From: Candidatus Rokuibacteriota bacterium | GTDB taxonomy: Bacteria > Methylomirabilota > Methylomirabilia > Rokubacteriales > CSP1-6 | Assembly: GCA_016184305.1 (NCBI GenBank) | Contig: JACPCX010000161.1 | Location: 1 to 12,910, forward strand | DNA length: 12,910 nucleotides | Direction of reading: 5' to 3' | Shown here: positions 1 through 9,244 of the stretch, piece by piece | How the letters are laid out: each line of letters begins with the position of its first letter | Numbering within the stretch: position 1 is the first letter of the stretch | Position numbers and translations under genes: made by a program | The notes under the pieces: model-generated | The model's input: only the letters and a program-made list of their open reading frames with translations | What the model was told of the DNA's origin: nothing | The model's database searches: none

Positions 1-542
1 AGGATCTTGAAGCGCCGCACGTCCACGCCGGCGGCGCGCGCGCTGTCCTCGTCCTCGCGCGTCGCCATCAGCGCCAGCCCCGCCCACGAGCGCAAGAGCC
101 ACAGATTGACGGCGAGCGCCAGGACCAACCCGGCCAGCGTGAGGACCAGGAAGCCCGGCTTGGCGAGGGGCCCGCCGAACCACCGGGGCGACGGGATGCC
201 GCCGATCCCGAAGGAGCCGCCGAAGAACGGGAAATACAGGAACACGCCGACCACCACGAAGTTGATGCCCATGGTGGTGATGGCCAGGAAGTCCTCGCGC
301 ACCCGGATGGCGGCGGCGCCGACGAGCGCCCCCGCCACGCCGGCGGCGAGGCACGCGGCCACGAGCGCCGGCCAGAAGTCCCACCCGTAGGTGACGGTGA
401 GGATGGCGGCGGTATAGGCGCCGATGCCGAGAAAGGCGGCGTGGCCCAGCGAGATCTGGCCGGCGATGCCGGTGATCGTGTTGAGCCCGAGCGTCAGGAT
501 GCAGTAGATCCCGACGAGCGTGGCGACCGTGTAGAGGTACAC
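1..542 (-). CDS. livM: Branched-chain amino acid (HAAT) ABC transporter permease, LivM-like; 3' end outside window
   Basis: Manual translation from GTG at 542: VYLYTVATLVGIYCILTLGLNTITGIAGQISLGHAAFLGIGAY...REDFLAITTMG...GLALMATREDEDSARAAGVDVRRFK. These are LivM motifs. The gene starts 3 nt after the livH stop and has no stop within the window. Confidence 0.9.
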   Translation of the reverse strand, partial: MYLYTVATLVGIYCILTLGLNTITGIAGQISLGHAAFLGIGAYTAAILTVTYGWDFWPALVAACLAAGVAGALVGAAAIRVREDFLAITTMGINFVVVGVFLYFPFFGGSFGIGGIPSPRWFGGPLAKPGFLVLTLAGLVLALAVNLWLLRSWAGLALMATREDEDSARAAGVDVRRFKI

Positions 543-545
543 GCG

Positions 546-1103
546 CTACTTGACGCCGAGCAGACCCTGCGGCCGGGCCAGGAAGACGGCGATCATGGCC
601 AGGAACGCCCAGGCATCGCGGGGCAGGGGGAACTCGACGAAGCCGATGACGAGGGTCTCCACGAGACCGATGACGAGGGCTCCGAGCACGGTGCCCGGGA
701 TGGAGCCGAGCCCGCCGAGCACGATGATGGCAAGCCCCTTGTAGCCGGCCACGTCGCCCATGGTGGGCGAGACGGAGTTGTAGTCGATGCCCACCAGCAT
801 GCCGGCCGCTCCCGCCAGCGCGCTGCCGATGGCGAAGTTCGCCATGACGACGCCGCGGACGCGCATCCCGCACGCGGCGGCCATCTCCTGATCCTGGCTC
901 GCGGCGCGCAGCGCCAGCCAGAAGCTGCCCGTCGCCTGGTACACCGCGAGCCCGCCGTAGCCGCCCAGGGTGAAGACGGCGGCATGCGCGATGTGCAGCA
1001 CCCGCAGCACGCCGTAGACCATGGTGAGCCCCAGCGCCATGAGCGCGTAGAGGCTCCCCACGGTCAGCCCGTTGATCAGCTGCTGGACCAGCGTCGCTGT
1101 CAC
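546..1103 (-). pseudogene. livH: LivH-like HAAT ABC permease with an in-frame internal deletion of roughly 100 codons
   Basis: The N-terminus QQLINGLTVGSLYALMALGLTMVYGVLRVLHIAH and the C-terminus RAASQDQEMAAACG...IIVLGGLGSIPG...RPQGLLG are LivH-like. The protein is only 185 aa, and FWLAL joins directly to RAASQD at ~905-920. Confidence 0.85.
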
Positions 1104-1417
1104 TGCACAGGCGGCGTGATCACCTCGGGATTGTCGATGATGGCGAAGGAGCGGACCTTGCCGTCCCTCTTGGAGTCGTGCCGGTCGTCGTAGACCACGA
1201 GCTCGACCTTCTTGCCCTTGATGCCGCCCGCGGCGTTCAGCTCCTCCACGGCGATCTCGGCCGAGTGCTTCGTCGAGGCGCCGTCGGCGGCGGCGAAGCC
1301 GGTGAGCGGAGCGAAGAACCCGATCTTGATCGTCGGCTGGGCGCGTGCCGGCAGCGCACCGAGGGCGAGCAGCATGGGCAGCATCACGAGGGGCAGCGCG
1401 AGCCTGAGAAATGTCAT
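1100..1417 (-). pseudogene. livK: LivK/LivJ-family substrate-binding protein with most of the gene deleted in frame
   Basis: Signal peptide (…LPARA/Q) and IKIGFFAPLTG...AVEELNAAGGIKGKKVELVVYDD, then an abrupt jump to the C-terminal-like RDGKVRSFAIIDNPEVITPPVQ. It is 105 aa versus ~380-400 aa typical for the family. SD GGGAGGAG lies 7 nt upstream, and the TGA overlaps the livH GTG. Confidence 0.85.
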
Positions 1418-1424
1418 GGGGTGT

Positions 1425-1503
1425 CTCCTCCCGTCAGGGTAGTTGTACCCCGGGCCGGCTGGAGGGAATCGGCCCTCAGCCGGCGCCGGGCGTCGAGATT
1501 ATA
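1425..1503 (-). promoter_or_regulatory. Putative liv promoter (-10 TATAAT) and structured 5' leader
   Basis: Perfect TATAAT on the minus strand at 1503-1498 in very GC-rich DNA. Stem-loops at 1454-1484 and 1437-1450; SD at 1425-1432. Confidence 0.6.
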
Positions 1504-1517
1504 GGCAGAACACCGTT

Positions 1518-3062
1518 CTACTGCAGTCGTCCCAAAGCCGACTCCACCGCGGCCTGGACGGCCCCCGCCTCCACGAGGCCGAGCGCCGCGGCGAGATCGT
1601 CGTGGAGGAAGCGGTCCGTGTCCAGATGAGGGATGCGGGCGCGCACCGCCGCGTGGGCGGCCCGGCTGCCCACGCCGGGGGTGAGGGGCTGGCGGAGATC
1701 GAGCGCCTGCGCCGCGAGCAAGCACTCGATGGCGAGCACCTGGCGGACGTGGGCGAGGACCTGCCGCGCCTTGAGCGCCGCGCCCGCGCCCATGGAGTTG
1801 TAGTCCTCCTGGAGCCCGGAGGTCGGGATGGAGTCGGCGCTGGCCGGGTGGCTCCACGATCGACACTCGGAGACCAGCGCCGCGGCCACGTACTGGGCGA
1901 TCATGTAGCCCGAGTGAAGGCCCCCGTGCGGCGACAGGAAGGCCGGCAGGCCCTCACTCGTGAGCGGGTTGACGAGCCTGTCGATCCGCCGCTCGGAGAT
2001 GCCGGCGAGCTGGGTGAGACCGAGCGCCAGCGTATCGAGCGCCAGCGCCAGGGGCTCGCCGTGGAAGTTGCCCCCGGAGAGGACGATCCCGCCGCCGCCC
2101 TCCCCGTCCAGGAAGAGCAACGGGTTGTCGGTGACGCTGTTGATCTCCCGCTCGAGCATCTCGCGCGCGAAGCGGATGGCCTCGCGGCAGGCGCCGTGGA
2201 CCTGCGGCATGCAGCGGAGGCTATAGGCGTCCTGCACGCGGTTGCAGTCGCGGTGGGAGGCGATGATCGCGCTGTCCGCGGTCAGGGCGCGCAGGTTGGC
2301 GGCCGAGGCGAGCTGTCCCGGATGCGGGCGGAGCGCGTGGATGCGCGCGTCGAAGGCGGCATTGGAGCCCATGAGGGCTTCCAGGCTCATGGCTCCGGCG
2401 ATGTCGGCGAGGCGGGCCAGCCGGAGCGCGCCGTCCGCCAGGAGCACCCCCAGGCCCGTCATGAGGTGCGTGCCGTTCAGGAGCGCGAGCCCTTCTTTCA
2501 TCTCGAGCACGAGCGGCTCGATCCCGGCGCGCCCGAGCGCCTCGCGGGCCGACAGCCGCGTGCCGGCCACCATCGCCTCGCCCTCGCCGATGAGACACGC
2601 CGCCACGTGAGCGAGGGGGGCGAGGTCGCCGGAGGCGCCGACGGAGCCGCGCTCGGGGATCACCGGCAGCACGCCGCCGTTCAGGCACCCGGCGAGCGTC
2701 TCGACGACGGCGGGCCGCACGCCCGAGTGCCCGCGGGCGAGCGAGGCCGCCAGGAGCAGGAGCACCGCGCGCGTCTCGCTTTCCCCCAGCGGGGCGCCGA
2801 CGCCGGCCGCATGCGAGAGGACCAGGTTCCGCTGGAGCTCACGGCGCGAGTCGTGGGGGATGAAGGTGTCCTTGAGCTTGCCCACGCCCGTGGTGACGCC
2901 GTAGACGGGCTGGCCGCTCCGGTCGATGGTGTCCAGCGCGGCGCGCCCGCGCTGGAGCCGCTGCGCCGCCTCGGGATGGAGCAGGACGGGAGCGCGGTCG
3001 CGGGCGACGGCCGCCACGTCGGCCATCTCGAGCCGCCCCGCACCGAGGACGACGGTCTTCAC
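1518..3062 (-). CDS. hutH: Histidine ammonia-lyase (MIO-dependent)
   Basis: GSVGASGDLAPL (ASG MIO motif), LVLSHAAGVG (His-specific SH pair), KEGLALLNGT, QDAYSLRC.PQVHG and SGGNFHG. The GTG at 3062 overlaps the hutI TGA. 514 aa. Confidence 0.95.
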   Translation of the reverse strand: MKTVVLGAGRLEMADVAAVARDRAPVLLHPEAAQRLQRGRAALDTIDRSGQPVYGVTTGVGKLKDTFIPHDSRRELQRNLVLSHAAGVGAPLGESETRAVLLLLAASLARGHSGVRPAVVETLAGCLNGGVLPVIPERGSVGASGDLAPLAHVAACLIGEGEAMVAGTRLSAREALGRAGIEPLVLEMKEGLALLNGTHLMTGLGVLLADGALRLARLADIAGAMSLEALMGSNAAFDARIHALRPHPGQLASAANLRALTADSAIIASHRDCNRVQDAYSLRCMPQVHGACREAIRFAREMLEREINSVTDNPLLFLDGEGGGGIVLSGGNFHGEPLALALDTLALGLTQLAGISERRIDRLVNPLTSEGLPAFLSPHGGLHSGYMIAQYVAAALVSECRSWSHPASADSIPTSGLQEDYNSMGAGAALKARQVLAHVRQVLAIECLLAAQALDLRQPLTPGVGSRAAHAAVRARIPHLDTDRFLHDDLAAALGLVEAGAVQAAVESALGRLQ

Positions 3063-4303
3063 GCCTCCCACACCACGCTCCCGCGCTTGACGACCCGGGC
3101 CACGTGGTTGACGCCGTAGAAGTAGGGGATGCGCTCCCAGGTCGGCGCATCGGCGAGGAGGAGATCGCAGAACTTGCCGGGGCGGAGCGAGCCGATCTCC
3201 GCCTCGAGCCCCATCGCATGCGCGGCGTTGAGCGTGACGCCGAGGAGGGCCTCCTCCATGGTCATCTTCATCTGGCTCACGGCCATGGTCATGACGAGCT
3301 GCAGGTTCAGCCCCATCGACGAGCCCGGGTTGAAGTCGCTGGCCAGCGCCACGCGCAACCCGGTCTCGAGGAAGGCGCGCGCGGGCGCATAGGGGAGCCC
3401 GAGGAAGAAGGCCGTGCCCGGCAGCAGTGTCGCCGTGACGCCGGCCGCCTTCATCCGCGCGATGCCATCGAGGCGGGCCCTGAGGAGGTGGTCGGCCGAG
3501 AGCGCCCCTACCTCGGCGGCCAGCTCGGCGCCCCCCAGGGTGACGAACTCGTCGGCGTGGAACTTCGCGCGGAGCCCAAGACCGGCGCCTGCCTCGAGGA
3601 CGCGGCGCGTCTGCGCCACCGAGAAGACGCCCTCCTCGCAGAACACGTCCACGTAGCGGGCCAGCCCGCGGCGCGCCACCTCGGGCAGCATCTCTTCCAC
3701 CACCAGGTCCACGTAGGCATCGGTGCGCCCCTTGAACTCCGGCGGCACCTCGTGGGCGCCGCAGAACGTGGGCATCACCGTCACCGGATGCTCCACGTCG
3801 AGCCGGACGATGGCCTCGAGCATCTTCACCTCGTCGGCGGTGGTGAGCCCGTAGCCCGACTTGGCCTCGCAGGTGGTGGTGCCGTGGCGGAGCATGAGAT
3901 CGAGCCGCGGGCGGGCGAGATGCACCAGCTCGTCCACGCTCGCCGCGCGCGTGGCGCGCACCGTGGAGAGGATGCCGCCGCCCGCCGCCGCGATCTCCTG
4001 GTAGGTGGCCCCGCGCGCCCGCATGGCGTACTCGTGCTCGCGCGAGCCGGCGAAGACGAGATGGGTGTGCGAGTCCACGAAGCCGGGCAGGGCCACCCGG
4101 CCTCCGGCGTCCACGACGCGGGCCTCGGCGCACCGCACGACCTCACCATCCAGCCGCGCATCTGGGCCGATCCAGCAGATGCGCCCGCCGGCTGCGGCCA
4201 GCGCCCCTCGCTCTATGACGCCCACCGGCCCCTTGCCGAGGCCAGCCTCGCAGGTAACGAGCTGGCCGATGTTGCGGATGAGGAGATCGGCAGGCGCGGT
4301 CAT
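3059..4303 (-). CDS. hutI: Imidazolonepropionase
   Basis: PGFVDSHTHLVFAGSR, GGGILSTVRATR, EAKSGYGL, DVFCE, HADE, SADH and ASDFNPG. Start ATG at 4303 (MTAPADLLIRNIGQLVT). 414 aa. Confidence 0.96.
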   Translation of the reverse strand: MTAPADLLIRNIGQLVTCEAGLGKGPVGVIERGALAAAGGRICWIGPDARLDGEVVRCAEARVVDAGGRVALPGFVDSHTHLVFAGSREHEYAMRARGATYQEIAAAGGGILSTVRATRAASVDELVHLARPRLDLMLRHGTTTCEAKSGYGLTTADEVKMLEAIVRLDVEHPVTVMPTFCGAHEVPPEFKGRTDAYVDLVVEEMLPEVARRGLARYVDVFCEEGVFSVAQTRRVLEAGAGLGLRAKFHADEFVTLGGAELAAEVGALSADHLLRARLDGIARMKAAGVTATLLPGTAFFLGLPYAPARAFLETGLRVALASDFNPGSSMGLNLQLVMTMAVSQMKMTMEEALLGVTLNAAHAMGLEAEIGSLRPGKFCDLLLADAPTWERIPYFYGVNHVARVVKRGSVVWEA

Positions 4304-4386
4304 GGCGCGAGTCTCGCGCGCGCGCGCCAGGCGATCCCGCCGGCGAGGAACAGCGCGGCGCACGCGAAGGCTCCCGCTAGCGCCAC
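4300..4386 (-). pseudogene. Possible C-terminal remnant of a membrane-protein gene formerly coupled to hutI
   Basis: The intergenic stretch reads (VAL)AGAFACAALFLAGGIAWRARARLAP*, a hydrophobic helix with a basic tail. Its TGA overlaps the hutI ATG (ATGA). Confidence 0.4.
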
Positions 4387-4790
4387 ACGCGAAGGCGGCA
4401 GCGCCGGGCCGCGGCGGCGAGGGACTCGTCGAGCGTGGCGAGCCCGACGCCCTGGCGGCGGGCCAGCTCGACATAGGCGGCGTCGTATGCCGACAGGCCG
4501 TGGGCATGGGCGATCGTGTCCAGGCTCTCGCTCAGCTCGGGCCCGACCTCCAGGTCCGTGCGCAGCGGGAGTTGGCCGAGGCTCTCGAGGGCCCGGTGCC
4601 GATCGGACTCCTCGAGCCGACGGCGACGGCCGGCGACCAGCAGGGCGTTGGTGACCTGGTACCACCAGAGCGCCGGGACCCAGAGTGCTGTGTCCCTGCG
4701 CAGCCGGGCCAGGAACCGGTCGGCGCGGCTCGATGTCTCATCGGGGAGGACCCAGGCCAGCGCGAGGGAGCTGTCCAGCACCCAGTCCAT
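4377..4790 (-). CDS. vapC: VapC/PIN-domain toxin
   Basis: WVLDSS (N-terminal Asp), LSAYDAAYVELA and LATLD PIN motifs. 137 aa, with a TGATG overlap with the upstream antitoxin. Confidence 0.9.
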   Translation of the reverse strand: MDWVLDSSLALAWVLPDETSSRADRFLARLRRDTALWVPALWWYQVTNALLVAGRRRRLEESDRHRALESLGQLPLRTDLEVGPELSESLDTIAHAHGLSAYDAAYVELARRQGVGLATLDESLAAAARRCRLRVWR

Positions 4791-5044
4791 CAGCGCCGGC
4801 GCCCCTCCTCGATCAACCGACGCACCACGACCGGGCCCCGAACCCGGCGCCGGATCTGGCGGAAGCTGTCGAGGAGGCGCTTGAAGTCTGCGGAGTCGGG
4901 GCGGTCGGAGGCCGGGACGAGGCGCGCCACGGTGCGCCCGCGCCGCAGGATCACGAAGGACTTGCCGCGCTCGACCTCGCGGAGCAGCTCCGGCAGCCGC
5001 GTCTTCGCCTGGAACGCGCCGACCTGGATGGATCTGGACGCCAT
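4790..5044 (-). CDS. Phd/YefM-family antitoxin
   Basis: VGAFQAKTRLPELLREVERGKSFVILRRGRTVARLVP is the Phd/YefM signature. The ATG at 5044 is preceded by GGGAGGGAG. 84 aa. Confidence 0.9.
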   Translation of the reverse strand: MASRSIQVGAFQAKTRLPELLREVERGKSFVILRRGRTVARLVPASDRPDSADFKRLLDSFRQIRRRVRGPVVVRRLIEEGRRR

Positions 5045-5061
5045 GCTCCCTCCCGCCAACC

Positions 5062-5095
5062 AGTCTAGTCAGCAGACCTGTTGAAGTCCAGGTCT
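5062..5095 (-). promoter_or_regulatory. Sigma70-type promoter of the TA operon with overlapping palindromic operator
   Basis: TGGACT(5090-5085)-N17-TAGACT(5067-5062). An inverted repeat AGACCTG-N8-CAGGTCT (5074-5095) spans the -35 and spacer. Confidence 0.65.
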
Positions 5096-5120
5096 CGCTC
5101 GGCGGTGGCCGGCGGCGGCG

Positions 5121-6794
<1,674 letters not shown>

Positions 6795-6796
6795 GG

Positions 6797-7342
6797 TCAC
6801 AGCACGTAGAGCCAGGGGCGGGCCCCCAGGCTCTCGCGCTCCCAGAAGCCTGTCCCGGCCAGCGCAGCGACGGCCTCGACGGGATCGGTGGCGGCCATCA
6901 CCGCGAGCGTCCTGCCACCGGGGAAGAAGCCCCCGAAGAGCAGGCGTCCAGCCCCGCGGGCCTCGACCAAGGCGAAGTCGGCCATGTCCGCCTCCGCGGC
7001 CTGCCCCTCGACGATGGTGGCCGCGCGCGACCCGTCGGTGACGAGCGGCGGCTGCCGCCACGGCTCGAGGAAGTGCTCGAAGAGGGTTGACGTGTAGGCC
7101 GTCCACGCCCCGCCCTTGAAGTACGGGTCCTCCTCCACGACGCGCGCGAGGTCCGGGGCCTCGGGTACGCGGTAGAAGATGTCCGCCGTCCTCCCGTCGG
7201 GCGCAGGTCCCCCGGCCACCACGAAGCCCCGGGCGCGCAGGTCCATGAGCCGCGCCAGATGGGCCTCGCGAAGGGGCGCGCGCCGGGTCACGTAGTCGGG
7301 GGCGGGGGTGATGGCGACGTGGGAGACGAGCATGTCCGCCAT
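6797..7342 (-). CDS. Two-domain YciI-like (dimeric alpha-beta barrel) protein
   Basis: RAPLREAHL...VAGGP...EEDPY match the YciI R-x3-H, GP and DPY motifs. The second half (GRLLFGGFF...RPW) looks like a degenerate repeat. The stop is 2 nt before the hutU ATG. The true start may be ATG 7333. Confidence 0.75.
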   Translation of the reverse strand: MADMLVSHVAITPAPDYVTRRAPLREAHLARLMDLRARGFVVAGGPAPDGRTADIFYRVPEAPDLARVVEEDPYFKGGAWTAYTSTLFEHFLEPWRQPPLVTDGSRAATIVEGQAAEADMADFALVEARGAGRLLFGGFFPGGRTLAVMAATDPVEAVAALAGTGFWERESLGARPWLYVL

Positions 7343-7370
7343 GGTACTTTGCCGAGGCCCCTCCGCTCAA
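7341..7370 (-). promoter_or_regulatory. Putative promoter of the yciI-hut operon (possibly leaderless)
   Basis: TTGAGC(7370-7365)-N18-TACCAT(7346-7341), then 7 nt to ATG 7333. Confidence 0.45.
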
Positions 7371-9238
7371 TGCCCTATACCGGCCGCGTGCGGCTCCCGG
7401 GTCAGCGCCCGCCGTCTCGCCGCGTAATCCGCGCCCTCGGGGTGCTGGTCAGCGTGGGCGTCACCGCGCTGTCGCATGTGGGCGTGCTGGCGGGCTAGGA
7501 GACGCGGGCCGTGGACGCCTTCCTCTTCTTCCGCGATCGTGAGCCCTCCCCCGACATCGCCGTCGCCCTCGTGGACGAGGACGCGTTCCGCGAGCTGGGC
7601 GAGCGCCAGCCGCTCTCGCGCCGGTATCTCGCCGACCTGGGCGAGCTCCTGCTGCAGAGTGGCGCGCGGGTCGTGGCCTTCGACGTGCAGTTCCTGACGC
7701 CGACGGCGGCCGAGGAGGACGACGCGCTGCTGGCGCTCTGCGAGCGCTGGCAGGGGAGAGGGCAGGGGCGGCTTGTCTTCGCCTCCGTGGCCACGCCGCG
7801 GAACGGTGAGGCGGGCGCGCGCTATGCGCTCGCGCCGCTCTTCTCGTCGCGGCTCGCCGGGCTCGTGGGCTTCGCCAATGCGCCGGTGGGGACCGACGGC
7901 GTGATCCGCCGGATGGCGCCCGTGCTGCCCGCGGCCGGCGGCGGGCTCCTGCCGTCCTTCGCGCTGGCCGTGGCGGCGGCCCACGCGGGCCATGCGCCCG
8001 CGGACCTGGCCCGGGCGCTCGCGACGGCCTCGCCGCTCACCCTGCCGGCGCGCGACGCCAAGGGCAGCGTCGGCCGCGCGGAGCCGGTGCCCCTCGCGCG
8101 CCTCGCCTCGGCCCAGTGGCGCATCGACTACGCCGGCGCCGCGGGAGCCTTCACCTCCTTCCCGAGCGGCCCGCTGGTGGCGCTCGGGCGGAGCGGGGTC
8201 AGGCCTCCGGCGGACAATCCCTTCCGCGGGAAGATCGTGCTGGTGGGGGCGGCCTTCCAGGCGAGCCGGGACTTCCACCCGACGCCCGTGGGGATGATGG
8301 CCGGCGTGGAGGTCCACGCCAACATGGTCCACACGCTGCTGGGGCGGCGGGCGCTGCTGCCGCCCCCCGTCTTCCTCAACCTCGCGGTGCTGAGCGGGGC
8401 GTGCCTGGTGGTGTCGCTGCTCTCGGTCTGGCTCCGGCCGCTGTGGGTCGCGCTGGCCGCGGGCGGGCTCATCGCCCTCTTCGCGGCGCTCTCCTACGAG
8501 GCCTACACGCGCGGCGGCTACTGGCTCGACTTCGTGGCGCCGCTCGTGGGGATGATCGCCTATCTGCAGGGCGCGCGGCTCCTGGCGCGGCGCAGGCTGA
8601 GGCGGGCCTTCGGTCAGTTCGTGAGCCCCGAGGTGATGGACCGCGTGCTGCGCGACGGCGCGGCCCTCGGCGGCGAGACGCGGACCTGCTCGGTGCTGAT
8701 GTCGGACCTGCGCGGCTTCACGAGCATGGCGGAGCGGCTGCCGCCGGCACGGGTCTCGGCGGTGATGAACGAGTACTTCACGGCCATGGTGGACGTGATC
8801 CTCGGGCAGCGCGGCATGGTGCAGGATTTCATCGGCGACGGTATCCTGGCGGTGTTCGGGGCGCCGCTGGACGACCCGGAGCATGCCTGGCACGCCGTCG
8901 AGACGGCGCTCGGGATGCAGGCGGCGCTCGCCGCGCTCAACGGGCGCTGGCAGACGGAGGGCCGGGCGCCGCTCGCCATGGGGGCCGCGGTGCACACGGG
9001 GCCGGTGTTCGCCGGCAACGTGGGGGCGCCGCGGAAGAAGAAGTACGCGGTGCTGGGAGACACGGTCAACACGGTGTCACGCATCGAGGGGCTCAACCGC
9101 GAGCTTGGCACGACGGTGCTCGTGAGCGGCGCCACGCTGGCCGCCGTGGGGGACCGGGTCGCCGTGAGGGATCGCGGCGCGGTCGCGGTCAAGGGCAAGG
9201 CCGAGCCCGTGCAGGTCTTCGAGCTGCTGGGGAGGTAG
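7370..9238 (+). pseudogene. CHASE2-domain class III nucleotidyl cyclase interrupted by an in-frame TAG (7496-7498)
   Basis: N-terminal TM ([15 protein letters not shown]), then LAG*ETRAVDAFLFFR. CHASE2 motifs VVAFDVQF, DGVIRR, FRGKIVLVG and TPVGMMAGVEVHAN; three TMs; cyclase motifs SDLRGFT, FIGDG and GDTVN..SR. The start is ATG 7370 or GTG 7388. Confidence 0.88.
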
Positions 9239-9244
9239 ACGGCG

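Noticed and set aside
540..548. livH TAG in frame with livM, suggesting genome-wide TAG recoding together with the cyclase TAG
   Set aside because: TAG terminates hutH, vapC, the cyclase and others at the expected C-termini, and livM has its own GTG.
1507..1519. AGAAC-N3-GTTCT palindrome resembling a LexA box
   Set aside because: The Gram-positive SOS box needs GAAC-N4-GTTC; the spacing is wrong and the context is unrelated.
3063..4133. 871-aa ORF suggesting an N-terminally extended HutH; similar extensions on hutI (to 4507) and hutU (to 7370)
   Set aside because: The extensions are Arg/Gly/Pro-rich off-frame readings of upstream genes. The real starts are at the overlapping or adjacent start codons.
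7511..9238. Pycsar/CBASS anti-phage cyclase
   Set aside because: The CHASE2 plus TM receptor architecture and the absence of an adjacent TIR or cNMP-binding effector indicate signalling rather than defence.
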